Shown here in pieces: positions 1 to 12,753 of a stretch of DNA of 64,000 bases (position 1 is the first letter of the stretch; the number at the start of each line of letters is the position of its first letter). The stretch lies in NCBI GenBank assembly GCA_028826165.1, contig JAPDFW010000071.1, positions 372,001-436,000 on the forward strand, written 5' to 3'. The notes below the pieces were generated by a model. That model was not told where the DNA came from. It did not search any database and saw nothing but the letters and a program-made list of their open reading frames with translations. Source of the DNA: Anaeramoeba ignava BMAN. Its lineage: Eukaryota; Protista; Anaeramoebae. The position numbers were made by a program, and so were the translations under genes.

Positions 1-1460
1 ATCACAATTTTTTATGAATTTTTGATAATTGAATAAAAAAAACAGAAAAAACCAAAAATGATTTCAAACATTCTAAAAAAAAATTTTTGATGAATATAAA
101 TGAATAAAAAAAAGGAGAATTTGAATTATTTTGTACATTTGCTAGATTAACATCAGCACCAGAATCAATTAATAATTGGATAATTTCTTCAGTTGGTAAT
201 TGAAAAAGATTTAATTTTGCAGTTAATTTTTGAACCTGGAAAAATAAAAGCAAAATATATAAATAAATATATATATATTTTTTTGTGTTTTGAAATTTAA
301 ATTTACATATTGTGTAAGTGCGGTTGTTGCACTTCTTCTAAATAACGGAAGAGTTGAGCAAGCAAAATGTAATGGAGTATTTCCCTAATTATTAGAATAA
401 TTCCGAAAAAGATTTTTAATTCAATTTATATTCAATTTTTTTTTCTTTCTAAAATTTTAATATCTTTGGTTACATCCTTTTTAAAATATTTTTTTATTTG
501 GAAGTTTGTAAAAAAATCTTTTCAATTCCATAAAATCAAAAAATTCTTACTTTCTAAATACAAAAGAAAAAATATTTTATCAGAAGAAAAATTGGGTTCA
601 TTTGATTTATTGTTTACATCTTTGATTTTAGTATCAGCTCCATGTTGAATTAAAGATTTTATGATATCTTTAGATACTTTTGTATAGCAAGCTAAATGGA
701 AAGGTGTTGTTCCCTTTTTATTTTGTTTATCAAATTAATTTTTTAAATTTTTTAAATTTTTTAAATTTAAATTTTACAGACTTTTTAAAGAAAAAAAAAG
801 AATAAAAACAAAAGAAAGATTGGTTTTTTTTTTAAATATTCTAAAAAAGGGGAAAAAAATAAAATAATTACGTTCTAAATTTAAAAATTATTTTGAAATC
901 AAAATAGAAACAAGAATGTAAAAGAAAATTAAAAAGAAAAAAGTTATTGTTTTTAACAAACATTTTGTGCATTTGGATTTGCTCCTGCTTCAATTAAAGA
1001 TTCTACAATTTCTTGGTTATAAAATTGTTGAAATGCATAATGAAGTGGTGTGTTGTTCTATTTTATTTAAAAAAAAAATTATTTATTAAAAATATCTTTA
1101 TTTATTTTTTAAAAAAAATTTTTACTTCCTAAAACATTAATAAATGAACAAAAAGCAATTTTAAACAATAAATATTTTTTTGAAACGTCATGTAAAAAAA
1201 ATTTATAAGAAAAAAAAAAGGAAAAAGAAAGTTGAATTATTTCTAATTTCATACAAGCTATTTTTTTTTAAAAACAAATTAAATTAAATTAAATTAAATT
1301 AAATTAAATGAAATTTCGAAAAATAATTTTAAAATAATTTCTTTTAAATTTATTTTACTCCAAGTTTATTAGCTGATCCTTTTTTACGTAAAAATCCTCC
1401 ACTCAAATATTTTTTTACTGATTTAGAATCTCCTTTTAAAATAGATTTGAAAATTGACAT
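1..1460 (-). CDS. Ankyrin-repeat protein (5' part; continues off the window), built from repeat exons plus 3-nt microexons
   Basis: Manual splice: ATG 1460; exons 1359-1460, 1255-1257(L), 1126-1128(E), 962-1057 (NNTPLHYAF...GANPNAQN), 872-874(N), 778-780(S), 618-713 (GTTPFHLAC...GADTKIKD), 551-553(K), 474-476(D), 307-384 (GNTPLHFAC...), 137-235 (...GADVNLAN), 70-72(N). All introns are GT-AG, phase 0. Confidence 0.88.
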
Positions 1461-1559
1461 TCAAATTGAAATGAAAAAAACAAAAGAAATTGAAATAAAG
1501 GAAGAAAAAAATGAAAGATCAATTTTTAAAAAAAAAAAATAAATTCAAAAATAATAAAT

Positions 1560-2700
1560 AAAATATTAAATAAAATTATAAATAAAATTATAAATTAAAT
1601 AATAAATTAAATTATAAATAAAATGTGGAATAAAATGTGGAATAAAATGTGGAAAAATTATAAATAAAATTATAAATAAAATTATAAATAAAATGTGGAA
1701 TAAAATGTGGAATAAAATGTGGAATAAAATTATAAATTAAATTATAAATTAAATTATAAATAAAATTATAAATAAAATTATAAATAAAATTATAAATAAA
1801 ATGTGGAATAAAATAATAAATTAAAATTATAAATTAAATTATAAATTAAATTATAAATAAAATTATAAATAAAATTATAAATAAAATTATAAATAAAATG
1901 TGGAAACAAAAATATAAAAAATTATAAATAAAAATAAAAATTATAAATAAAATGTGGAATAAAATGTGGAATAAAATGTGGAATAAAAATATAAATTAAA
2001 TTATAAATAAAAATATAAATAAAATTATAAATTAAATTATAAATAAAATTATAAATAAAATTATAAATTAAATTATAAATAAAATTATAAATTAAATTAT
2101 AAATTAAAATTATAAATAAAATTATAAATAAAATTATAAATATAAAATAAAAATTAAATTATAAATAAAATTATAAATAAAATTATAAATAAAATAATAA
2201 ATAAAATTATAAATAAAATTATAAATTAAATTATAAATTAAAATTATAAATAAAATTATAAATAAAATTATAAATTAAATTATAAATTAAAAATAAATAA
2301 AATAAAAAATTATAAAATATAAATAAAAAATAAAAATAAAAATATAAATAAAATAATAAATAAAATTATAAATAAAATAATAAAATAAAAATTATAAATA
2401 AAATTATAAATAAAATTATAAATAAAATTATAAATAAAATTATAAAATAAATTATAAAATTAAATTATAAATAAAATTATAAATAAAATTATAAATTAAA
2501 TTATAAATAAAATTATAAATAAAATTATAAATAAAATTATAAATAAAATTATAAATAAAATTATAAATAAAATTATAAATTAAATTATAAATTAAATTAT
2601 AAATAAAATTATAAATTATAAATTAAATTATAAATTAAATTATAAATATAATTATAAATAAAATTATAAATAAAATTATTAAATGTGGAATAAAAAGTGG
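1560..2700. repeat. AT-rich 12-mer satellite (ATAAAATTATAA)n with ATGTGGAATAAA variants
   Basis: Directly visible tandem repeat in the spacer between divergent genes. Confidence 0.9.
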
Positions 2701-2840
2701 AATAAAAAGAAAATAAAAGAAAAGGAGAATTTAGTTTTTCTCCTTTTTTTTCTTTTTTTTTTCTTTTTTTTTTAATTAGAAAATCAAATTTTTCTTCAAG
2801 TTTTTAATGATATGCTCATCAAACACTTCATTTTTTTCTT

Positions 2841-3761
2841 ATGTTTCCAGGTTTTCAAATAAGTCAAAAAATTTCAACAAGAAATTTTCGAGAATTATTA
2901 CAAATTGAAAAAAAACTAATAGAAACAATAATCAAACCAAAAGAAGAACAACGAATAACGAATATAACAAAAAGAACAATACAAAAAAAGCTTGAAATCA
3001 CACCAAGAATCCAAACAGCTGGGGGTATTATAATTGGGGATGAAATATTAAGTGGGAAAATAAAAGAGAAAAATTTATTAACACTTTCTAAAAGACTTTC
3101 AAGTTATGACGTTAAATTAAAACGAGTCGAAATAGTGGGTGATTGTCAAGAAGAGATCATATCAACCACGAGAAGACTTTCACAGGAATGCGATTATGTG
3201 TTCGCTTCTGGGGGAATCGGATGTACTCACGACGATATCACTTACCAAGCCATTGCAAGTGCGTTCAACCGCAAACTTGTAACTGATAAAGATCTTGTCA
3301 ACGAGATGAAGAAATTCTATTCGTCAGTATATGCGAAGAAGCAGAATGCTGTGCAAAAAATGGCAACTATTCCTGAGAATTCGGAAATAATTAAGACTCC
3401 TGGTCTTTGGTCCCCGCTTGTCTATGTTGAAAATGTCTTCATCCTGCCTGGTGTTCCAGAGCTTTTTGAGTTGATGCTAAACTCGGCGTTCTCGCGTATT
3501 GTTAAAGGCCCTCGAATCACGCTGCAGATGATATACAGTGACTATCCTAAGGAAGAAATTAAGGAATTTTTGGATGATCTTCAATCGCAATTCTCTAGTG
3601 TTATTATTGGTTGTTATCCTCAAGCTGATTGTAAGAAAGCTGGTTGCAAATCTGCTATTACAATCGAGGGTTTGAATGAAAAGGAAGTCATTTATATTGC
3701 TCAATTGATTAAAGACAAAATTAAAGGCAGTTTTTTTAAACCTGATACTAAACATTATTGA
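2841..3761 (+). CDS. Molybdopterin-binding (MoCF_biosynth/CinA N-terminal, FLAD1 MPTb-like) domain protein
   Basis: Intronless 306-aa ORF with motifs IIIGDEILSG, SGGIGCTHDDIT and LPGVP, typical of CinA/FAD-synthase MPTb domains. Confidence 0.85.
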   Translation: MFPGFQISQKISTRNFRELLQIEKKLIETIIKPKEEQRITNITKRTIQKKLEITPRIQTAGGIIIGDEILSGKIKEKNLLTLSKRLSSYDVKLKRVEIVGDCQEEIISTTRRLSQECDYVFASGGIGCTHDDITYQAIASAFNRKLVTDKDLVNEMKKFYSSVYAKKQNAVQKMATIPENSEIIKTPGLWSPLVYVENVFILPGVPELFELMLNSAFSRIVKGPRITLQMIYSDYPKEEIKEFLDDLQSQFSSVIIGCYPQADCKKAGCKSAITIEGLNEKEVIYIAQLIKDKIKGSFFKPDTKHY

Positions 3762-3809
3762 ATTTTTCATTTGATTTTTCAAAAAGAATTTAAAAAGGAT
3801 TGACAATTA

Positions 3810-4430
3810 AAAATAAATTCACAATGAAAATCTAAATTCACAATGAAAATCTAAATTCAAATTGAAAATATAAATTCAAATTCAAATTCAAATTCAATTT
3901 CAATTTCAAATTCAAATTCAAATTCAAATTCAAATTCAATTTTAAATTCAAAATGAAAATATAAATTCAAATTCAAATTTAAATTCAAATTCAAAATGAA
4001 AATATAAATTCAAATTCAAAATTCAAATTCAAATTCAAATTTAAATTCAAATTCAAAATGAAAATATAAATTCAATTTTAAATTCAAATTCAAATTCAAT
4101 TTTAAATTCAAAATGAAAATATAAATTCAAATTCAATTTAAATTCAAAATGAAAATATAAATTCAATTTCAATTTCAAATTCAAATTGAAAATATAAATT
4201 CAAATTCAAATTTAAATTCAAATTCAAAATGAAAATATAAATTCAAATTCAATTTAAATTCAAATTCAATTTCAAATTCAAATTCAAATTCAAATTCAAA
4301 TTCAAATTCAAATTCAAATTCAAATTCAAATTCAAATTTAAATTCAAATTCAAATTCAAAATGAAAATATAAATTCAAATTCAAATTGAAAATATAAATT
4401 CAATTTCAAATTCAAATTTAATTTCAAAAA
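3810..4430. repeat. (AAATTC)n hexamer microsatellite with variants
   Basis: Visible tandem repeat between convergent genes. Confidence 0.9.
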
Positions 4431-4543
4431 TATCTTTTCTTTTTTGTTCTTTTGATAAACAAATTTGAAAAATAAAATTTAGTGAAAAATTTCAAATCTT
4501 TTTTTCATTTCTTTTTTTCATTTCTTTTTTTCATTTCTTTTTT

Positions 4544-6501
4544 TCATCTTCTTTCTTCTTCTTTTTTTTTGTTAAAAAAATTATCCATTCTTAATTGTTT
4601 ATAATTTTTTGATTTTTTAATCCTTTTTGATTGATTTGGATTTTGAACACTTTTTTCTGTTTTATTTTTTTCTATTGTTTTTTTACCAAAAAAATCATAA
4701 ATTTGATGTTGATGATATTTTTTCAATTTTTCTTTTTGTTTTCGAACGACTTGAATATTATTTTGTTTAGTAGGAAAGAAATTAAATAGATTTGTTTGAA
4801 TATATTCATTTGTTATTGGTTCTTGTGATTCAATAAACATGTTATCTATATTTTTCTCATTATTTCTTTGTTGATTCGAAGAAAGTGGAACAAATTTTGT
4901 ATTTGGATTATTCAAAGGAATCACATTATATTCTTCTAAATCATCAGAAAATCTACTTTTTAATTCTATTTTTCTTATATTTTCTTCCTTTTTTGATATA
5001 AAATTCGAAATTTTTGTTTGTTTAAGTGAATGATTTGTTTTTTTGAATTCAAAATTATTTTCTTCTTTTTCAATTTTTTCTCTTTGTTTTGAATTTTCTG
5101 TCAATTTTATTGTCAAATTGGTTTTGGAATTCTGTTTTTTGTGAAGTAATAAATTTCGAACTTGCCTTCTTATTTGATAATTGTCTTCAATATTTAAAGG
5201 AACAATTTCTTGAATAAATGAAAAAATATCCAGAAAATCTGTTAATTCTGAATATGAACAATGATAACTAAGACAAATTCTATTAATTTCATGATTTTTA
5301 TTCTTTTCACTATTGAAAAATTGTTTTGATATTGCTTGTTCCACTTTTAGATTAACAATAAAAAATGCTACAAATTTCAATTCTTCAAATTTTTCTAAAA
5401 TCAAAATCAAAATCAAAATCAAAATCAAAATCAAATTTTTATTCTCTTTTTTTTTCACTTACTTCTTTCATTTAAACTTTCACAAAATTGATCTAGCAAA
5501 TCAAATGTTACATCATTTATAAAACAAAAATGGAAATTTGTTTGAGTTGGATCTTTGATTATTAAATTCTTATATTGTTTATTTTTTGAATAAGATTGAA
5601 TCAATTCTAATTGTTGTGAATCAACATATAATTTCTTTTGAAATTTCTGGACAAATTCAAAAGCAAATTTTTCATTTCCTATTTATTTAAATTTTTAAAT
5701 TTTTAAATATTTAAATTTAAATTTATTTTTTTTACCTAAAATATCAGTTGCAAAAAGAAATATTTTATTTGGATCTTCTTGATTCAAAGAAATTATTTTA
5801 TTTTCAAGATATTCAGCAATTGCTTTTTGATCAAGAAAATCTTGAAATTTTGGAAGACAAAAAGTGGAATCTAAAAAAAGATAATCTAAAGTATTTTCAT
5901 TTCTTAATCTAACAAGAGAATCACAATCTTTATCAAATTTCGTAAATCTAAATAAACCAGTCTTTAATTGATTAAGATGAAAAAAAAATTTTTTTTCTTT
6001 TTGGAATTTTTTTTGTTTTTTTTTACATGAAGAATCACTTTTCCATTTTTAAGTTTAAAAAGGAAAATACTTGAACCAGGACAATAATTTGAATTTAAAC
6101 AAGTAATTTCAACTCCTGAAAAATTAATTTTTTTATAATCTAAAAAAAGAAAAACAAAAAGGAAAATTTTGTCACTTTTTTTTTTGGATTTTTTTTAAAA
6201 TTTTTACATTCAATTAATAAGAAAGAATCCTCTTTAAAATTATGAAATTGCATCATTAAAATTTTTGTGATTGGATGACAACAAATTTTAAAAGAATTAT
6301 TAGAGGAAAGAATTGAATTAAGAAAATTGACTTGAGGATGAAATTGAGTGAAAAAAAAAAGAGAAATATTTTTTTTTGATAAATCAAAATAATCAACTAC
6401 AAAAGTTGTTCCAGGAACTAAATATAAATTTTAATTTTAAATTTTAAATTTAATTTTAAATTTAATTATAAATATAAACCTAAATTTTCTAAAGGAATCA
6501 T
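4544..6501 (-). CDS. SNM1/DCLRE1-like beta-CASP metallo-beta-lactamase fold protein, metal ligands degenerate
   Basis: Multi-exon; ATG 6501. Spliced peptides VPGTTFVVDYF, FFTQFHPQ, TCLNSNYCPGSSIFLF, ILH|TGLFRF, LFLDSTFC and CLSYHCSYSEL align to SNM1 motifs. Confidence 0.75.
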
Positions 6502-6690
6502 TTTAATTTTGTTTTTAAAAAAAAATGAAATGAAAAAATTAGAAAATTATTTTAAAAAATGTTTGTTTTTGTTTTTGTTTTTGTTTTTGTTTTTGTTTTT
6601 GTTTTTGTTTTAACGGTTTTTAATAATCAAAGAAAAGAATTTGTTTTTTGTTTTGTTTTGAAAATGTGAATATGTAAAAAAAAACAGGAA

Positions 6691-8290
6691 TTATTTTTCT
6701 TGATTTGATTTGTTTTTAATTCTTTTAATTTCTTCTTCTTTTTCTTGTTTTTCTTGTTTTTCTTGTTTTTCTTGTTTTGGATTTTGGATTGTTTCTCTTA
6801 AATGCTTTCTTGAATTTTGATTTGAATTTTGATTTAAATTTTGATGTGAATGTGAATGTGAATGATGTGAATGATGTGAATGTGAATGATGTGAATGATG
6901 TGAATGATTTGAATGTGAATGATTTGAATGTGAATGATTTGAATGTGAATGATTTGAATGTGAATGATTTGAATGTGAATGATTTGAATGTGAATGATTT
7001 GAATGTGAATGATTTTTTAAATTATCTTTTGAATTATCTTTTGAATTATCTTTTAAATTATCTTTTGAATTATGTTTTGAATCATGTTTTGAATTATCTT
7101 TTGAATTATGTTTTGAATTCTCTTTTGAATTATCTTTTGAATTATCTTTTGAATTATGTTTTGAATTATGTTTTGAATTATGTTTTGAATTATCTTTTAA
7201 ATTATGTTTTGAATCATGTTTTGAATTATGTTTTAAATTCTCTTTTGAATCATGTTTTAAATTCTCTTTTAAATCATGTTTTTAAATTCTCTTTTAAATT
7301 CTCTTTTAAATTCTCTTTTAAATTCTCTTTTGAATCATGTTTTGAATTATCTTTTGAATTATCTTTTGAATTATCTTTTGAATTATTTTTTGAATTATGT
7401 TTTGAATCATGCTTTGAATCATGTTTTGAATCATGTTTTGAATCATGTTTTGAATTATTTTTTGAATCATCTTTTGAATCATGTTTTGAATTATCTTTTG
7501 AATTATGTTTTGAATTATGTTTTGAATCATGCTTTGAATTATGTTTTAAATTCTCTTTTGAATCATGTTTTGAATTATCTTTTGATTTGGATTTAGAATC
7601 TGAATCTGAATCTGAATCTGAATCTGAGTCTGAATCTGAATCTGAATCTGAATCTGAATCTGAATCTGAATCTGAATCTGAATCTGAATCTGAATCTGAG
7701 TCTGAATCTGAATCTGAATCTGAATCTGAGTCTGAATCTGAATAGTTTACTAAAGACCTTTTATCATTCAATAATTTTTCATTATCTTCTTTAAAAATAC
7801 TGTCTTTATCAACATTCATTAATTGAAAAGAAGTTCCAGGAACATAATTTGGATCAATTCCAAAAGCAGCTCTTAATTTTAAATCTTCTTTTCTTTTTCT
7901 TTCAGAAAGATGATGAGTTTCATTATTTTCTTTATGGTCTTCTTTATTTTGAGTTGAATTCATTTTTTCTTCTTGTTTTGATCGAAATTCTTTAACAAGT
8001 TGTTCAATTTCTTCTTGAGTTTTTTTTTGTTTTGGATCTTTTATTTTTTCTTGTTCATTTTTAATTTTTTCTTTAAATTCAAGCACAGCAAGTTCAATTT
8101 TTCTTTTTTTTTCATGTTGTAAAATATATTGATTTGGTTCTCTTATCAAAATTGCTGGTTCAGCAAATGCTGCTTTTGCATTTTCTGCGGATTTAACTGG
8201 ATTTCTTTTGGGGAGTGTTGCAAGATTTCTTTGAACAAATCCGTTAGTTCCTGAACCTCTTGGAGTAGTTAATCCAATTCCATTATACAT
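6691..8290 (-). CDS. CWC21: Pre-mRNA splicing factor CWC21/SRRM2-like
   Basis: N-terminus MYNGIGLTTPRGSGTNGFVQRN is the cwf21 signature. The ORF stops at 7274, but a shifted frame continues the same repeats to a stop near 6691 (likely 1-nt error). Confidence 0.9.
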
Positions 8291-8466
8291 TATAACAAAA
8301 ATAAAATGAAAAATGAAAAATGAAAAATGAAAAATGAAAAAAATGAAAAAAATTTTTTATTATTTCAATGTTTTCTGGAATTAAAAAAACAACAAAACAA
8401 AACAAAAACAAATTTGAATTTCATTTTAATTTATTTTGTTTTTAATTAATTTCATTTGTTTTTGTT

Positions 8467-10522
8467 TTAATTCGTTTTCAATTTTTCTCGAATTTTTTCA
8501 TACATTTTTCTTCCATAAATTTTGAAAATTTCAATTTCTTCATTTGTTTCTTGTGATTTAAATTTTAAAATTTTACACCATTCTGGAAAATTATTACTCA
8601 AATCAACCATAATATCATAATAATCTTTCTTTGATAAACCTTGTAAAGAATTTAATTGATTTTTTTCTAATTTTTCAATCAAATTTTTAATTGGAAAAGC
8701 TGTTTTTTTTTCTGATTGTGAAATTGATTGAATAATATCACAAACTCGTTTTTTATAAAGATTTAGTTTTTTCTGTTTTAATTTTTCATTTGGAAATAAT
8801 TTAGTTTCAATTATTTTTCTTTTTTCTTTTTCTCGAATTTTTTGGATCAAATTTTGAGAAATATTTTTCAAATCTTCAAGTTTTTCAGGTGAAAATTTTG
8901 AGTTTTGATTTTTAACAGAAATGGGTGATTTTTTGTTTTCTTTTTCGTATTTTTGAATTGCAAATTCAATCATTTCAGAAACTTCTTCTAGTTTATTTTT
9001 TGCTAAATGAATTTTATTTTTTGTATCAAAATCATCAGGCAAATTTGGAAGATCTGAATTTTGAATTTCTGGAATATCTTCCAATTTAAAGTCTTTATGC
9101 CAAGTTGTTATTTTTGAAAATGGAATGTTGTTTAAATGAGATAAATTAGGATATTTAGAAAGAAATTGTTGATATTGAGAATAAACAATTAAGGATAATT
9201 TAAGATTAAATAGTAATTTTCTTAATTCTAATTCTGGCATGATTTTCAATTCTTCTAAAATTTTTGGATTTTGTAAATTTTTTGTGTGTTTTTGTTTTCT
9301 TCTTTTGATAATATATTTCTGGATATTTTGATTATTATTTATAAATAAATCATCCAATATTTTTGGATTAATGGAGTTCATTATCAAAATGATTTCCCAA
9401 ATTATTGAGTTAGTTTTTGAATCAAGATATTTTCCTCTTTGTAAATTATAAGCTTCTGGAAAAACTGTTTTTATTTTAGATAAATGTGTTTCTGTTATAT
9501 TTTTCTTGCATATTTTTTCAGCTGAGATTGCGATTTTTTTAAAATATGCAATTTGTTTTCTGTGTTTGTAAATATTTAAAATTGAATCAATAGCAACAAA
9601 AATAGTTTCTAATTCAATATATTTTTTTGGGAGTTGAATTTTTCTTTGGAAAGTATCTTTTTGATTTTCATGATCACTTTCATAATCACTTTCATAATTA
9701 TTATTGTTATTATTATTATTGTTATTTTCTTCTATTCCTTGAAAACTTTTTTTTCTTTTCTTTGATTTTGTTTCTTTTTGTTTTTCTTTCTTTTATTTTT
9801 TAAAGTAAAATTAATTTAAATATTTATTTAAATATTGATTTAAATATTGATTTAAATATTAATTTAAATATTAATTTAAATATTAATTTAAATATTGATT
9901 TAAATATTTGATTTAAATATTTGGTTTAAATATTGATTTAAATATTGATTTAAATATTGATTTTAAATATTAATTTAAATATTGATTTTAAATATTAATT
10001 TAAATATTGATTTAAATATTAATTTAAAATATTGATTTAAAAATTGATTTAAATATTGATTTTAAAATATTGATTTAAATATTTGATTTAAAATATTGAT
10101 TTAAAATATTAATTTTTAAATATTATTGATTTAAATATTGATTTAAAATTGATTTAAATTGATTTAAATATTGATTTAAATATTATTTTAAATATTGATT
10201 TAAATATTGATATTTTAAATATTGATTTAAATATTGATTTAAATATTGATTTAAATATTGATTTAAATATTGATTTAAATATTGATTTAAATATTGATTT
10301 AAATATTGATTTAAATATTAAAAATTGATTTAAATATTGATTTAAATATTGATTTAAATATTGGAAATTGATTTTGAAATTTACTTGTAATGCCTTTTCT
10401 TGTTTTTCTTTATAAAAATCTTTTCTATTTGTGTTTAAAAGTAAATATTGTTTATCTAAACTTTGAATTTTTGGTAAAGACGTTAAATATTTATTTAATT
10501 CTTGTTTTCTTCTTCTTGACAT
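8467..10522 (-). CDS. CDT1: DNA replication licensing factor Cdt1-like
   Basis: Exon 10385-10522, intron ~9790-10384, exon ~8467-9789. Peptides AIDSILNIYKHRKQIAYFKKI..ETHLSKIKTVFPEAY and TTWHKDFKLEDIPEI resemble the Cdt1 middle domain; the C-terminal winged-helix-like region has PEWC. Confidence 0.7.
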
Positions 10523-10649
10523 TCTTTTTTTTTTTTAAAAATTAAAAATAAAAATAGAAAAATGATTTTTCTTCTTTTTAAATTAAAAAAAGAAAAAAAA
10601 TTTTTTGTTTTTCATTTTTTTTTTTCATTTTTTTTTTTTCATTTTTAAA

Positions 10650-12753
10650 ATGGCATCTCGTAAGTTATTTAATATAAAAACAATCCAAAAATAAAAACAA
10701 AAAAAAAAAAAAATAAAAACAAAAATAAAGCAAAAATTATTTTGAAATCATTTTGAAATTTTTTTGAACATTAATAAAAAAATATAATTCCAAAAAAAAA
10801 ATAGCTTATGGAAGAAATTTTGGACAACAAAGAAGAAACGAAGCACCAAATTTACCAACAAGAGGAAGAACAAATTTAAATCAACAAAATAAACCAAATT
10901 TACCAACAAGAGGAAGAAATACTTCACCAAATCAAAACAAACCAAATTTACCAACAAGAGGAAGAACAAATTTAAATCAACAAAATAAACCAAATTTACC
11001 AACAAGAGGAAGAAATACTTCACCAAATCAAACAAATAAACCAAATTTACCAACAAGAGGAAGAAATACTTCACCAAATCAAACAAATAAACCTAATTTA
11101 CCAACAAGAGGAAGAAATACTTCACCAAATTTAAATCAAAATAAACCTAATTTACCAACAAGAGGAAGAAATACTTTAAATCAAAATAAACCTAATTTAC
11201 AAACAAGAGGAAGAAATACTTCACCAAATCAAACAAACAAACCTAATTTACCAACAAGAGGAAGAAATACTTTAAATCAAACTAAACAAAATTTTCAAAC
11301 AAGAGGAAGAAATAATTTAAATAAAAATAAACAAAATTTACAAACAAGAGGAAGAAATACTTCGCCAAATCAAACAAATAAATCTAATTTACCAACAAGA
11401 GAGCAAAGAAAATCACCGACTTCGCAAAGTAACAATCCTTTTGGCGTTCAACTTAAATCAAGATCTCATCAAAGATCTGTTTCTTCAATTCCATATAAAA
11501 ATTCAACTGTTTCTCCAAATTCTTCAAAACCAACATTTGGTGGTTTCAATAGATCTAAATCACCCAGACAAGAATCAAAGAAAATAGGTACTTCACCAAA
11601 ACCTACATTTGGAGCTTGGAATACAACAACATCTCCTAAAAAAGAAACCAAAATTGATTCTTCACCAAAACCAACATTTGGAGGATGGAATGTTAAAAAA
11701 GAAGAAACAAAAGAAGAAATAAAACCAACATTTGGTGGATGGAATGTTAAACAAGAAGAAACAAAAGAAGAAACAAAACCTACTTTTGGAGCTTGGAATG
11801 TTAAACAAGAAGAAACAAAAGAAGAAACAAAACCTACTTTTGGAGCTTGGAATACTTCAAAAGAACCAAAAGAAACAAAAAAAGAAATAAAAGTGGATTC
11901 TTCACCAAAACCAACATTTGGAGGATGGAATGTTAAAAAAGAAGAAATAAAAGAAGAAACAAAACCAACATTTTGGAGGATGGAATGTTAAACAAGAAGA
12001 ACCTAAAGAAGAAACAAAACCTACTTTTGGAGGATGGAATGTTAAACAAGAAGAAATAAAAGAAGAAACAAAACCAACTTTTGGAGGATGGAATGTTAAA
12101 CAAGAAGAAACAAAAGAAGAAACAAAACCAACATTTGGAGCTTGGAATGTTAAACAAGAAGAAACAAAAGAAGAAACAAAACCAACATTTGGAGGATGGA
12201 ATGTTAAAAAAGAAGAAACTAAAGAAGAAACAAAACCAACATTTGGAGGATGGAATGTTAAAAACAAGAAGAAACAAAAGAAGAAACAAAACCAACATTT
12301 GGAGCTTGGAATGTTAAACAAGAAGAAACAAAAGAAGAAACAAAACCAACATTTGGTGGATGGAATGTTAAAAAGAAGAAACAAAAGAAGAAACAAAACC
12401 AACATTTGGAGGATGGAATGTTAAAAGAAGAAACAAAAGAAGAAATAAAACCAACTTTTGGAGGATGGAATGTTAAAAAAGAAGAACCTAAAGAAGAAGA
12501 ATATACTGAACAATATACTGAACAATATGATGAACAATATACTGAACAATATACTGAACAATATGATGAACAATATGGTGAACAATATCAAGCTACTTAT
12601 GATTATGCTGCTCAAGTAGAAGGAGAATTAAGTTTTTATGCTGGTGATGTTATTACTTTTATTCAAAAATCTGATGAAAATTGGGGTTTTGGTGAATGTA
12701 ATGGTGCTCAAGGTTATTTCCCATTTAATTTTACTCAAAAAATCGATTATTAA
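10650..12753 (+). CDS. Repeat-rich protein with C-terminal SH3 domain
   Basis: ATG 10650, 10-nt first exon, intron 10660-10804. Contains PNLPTRGR repeats and PTFG(G/A)WNVK repeats (several 1-nt shifts), then SH3 YQATYDY..GELSF..GDVI..ENWGFGECNGAQGYFP. Confidence 0.8.
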
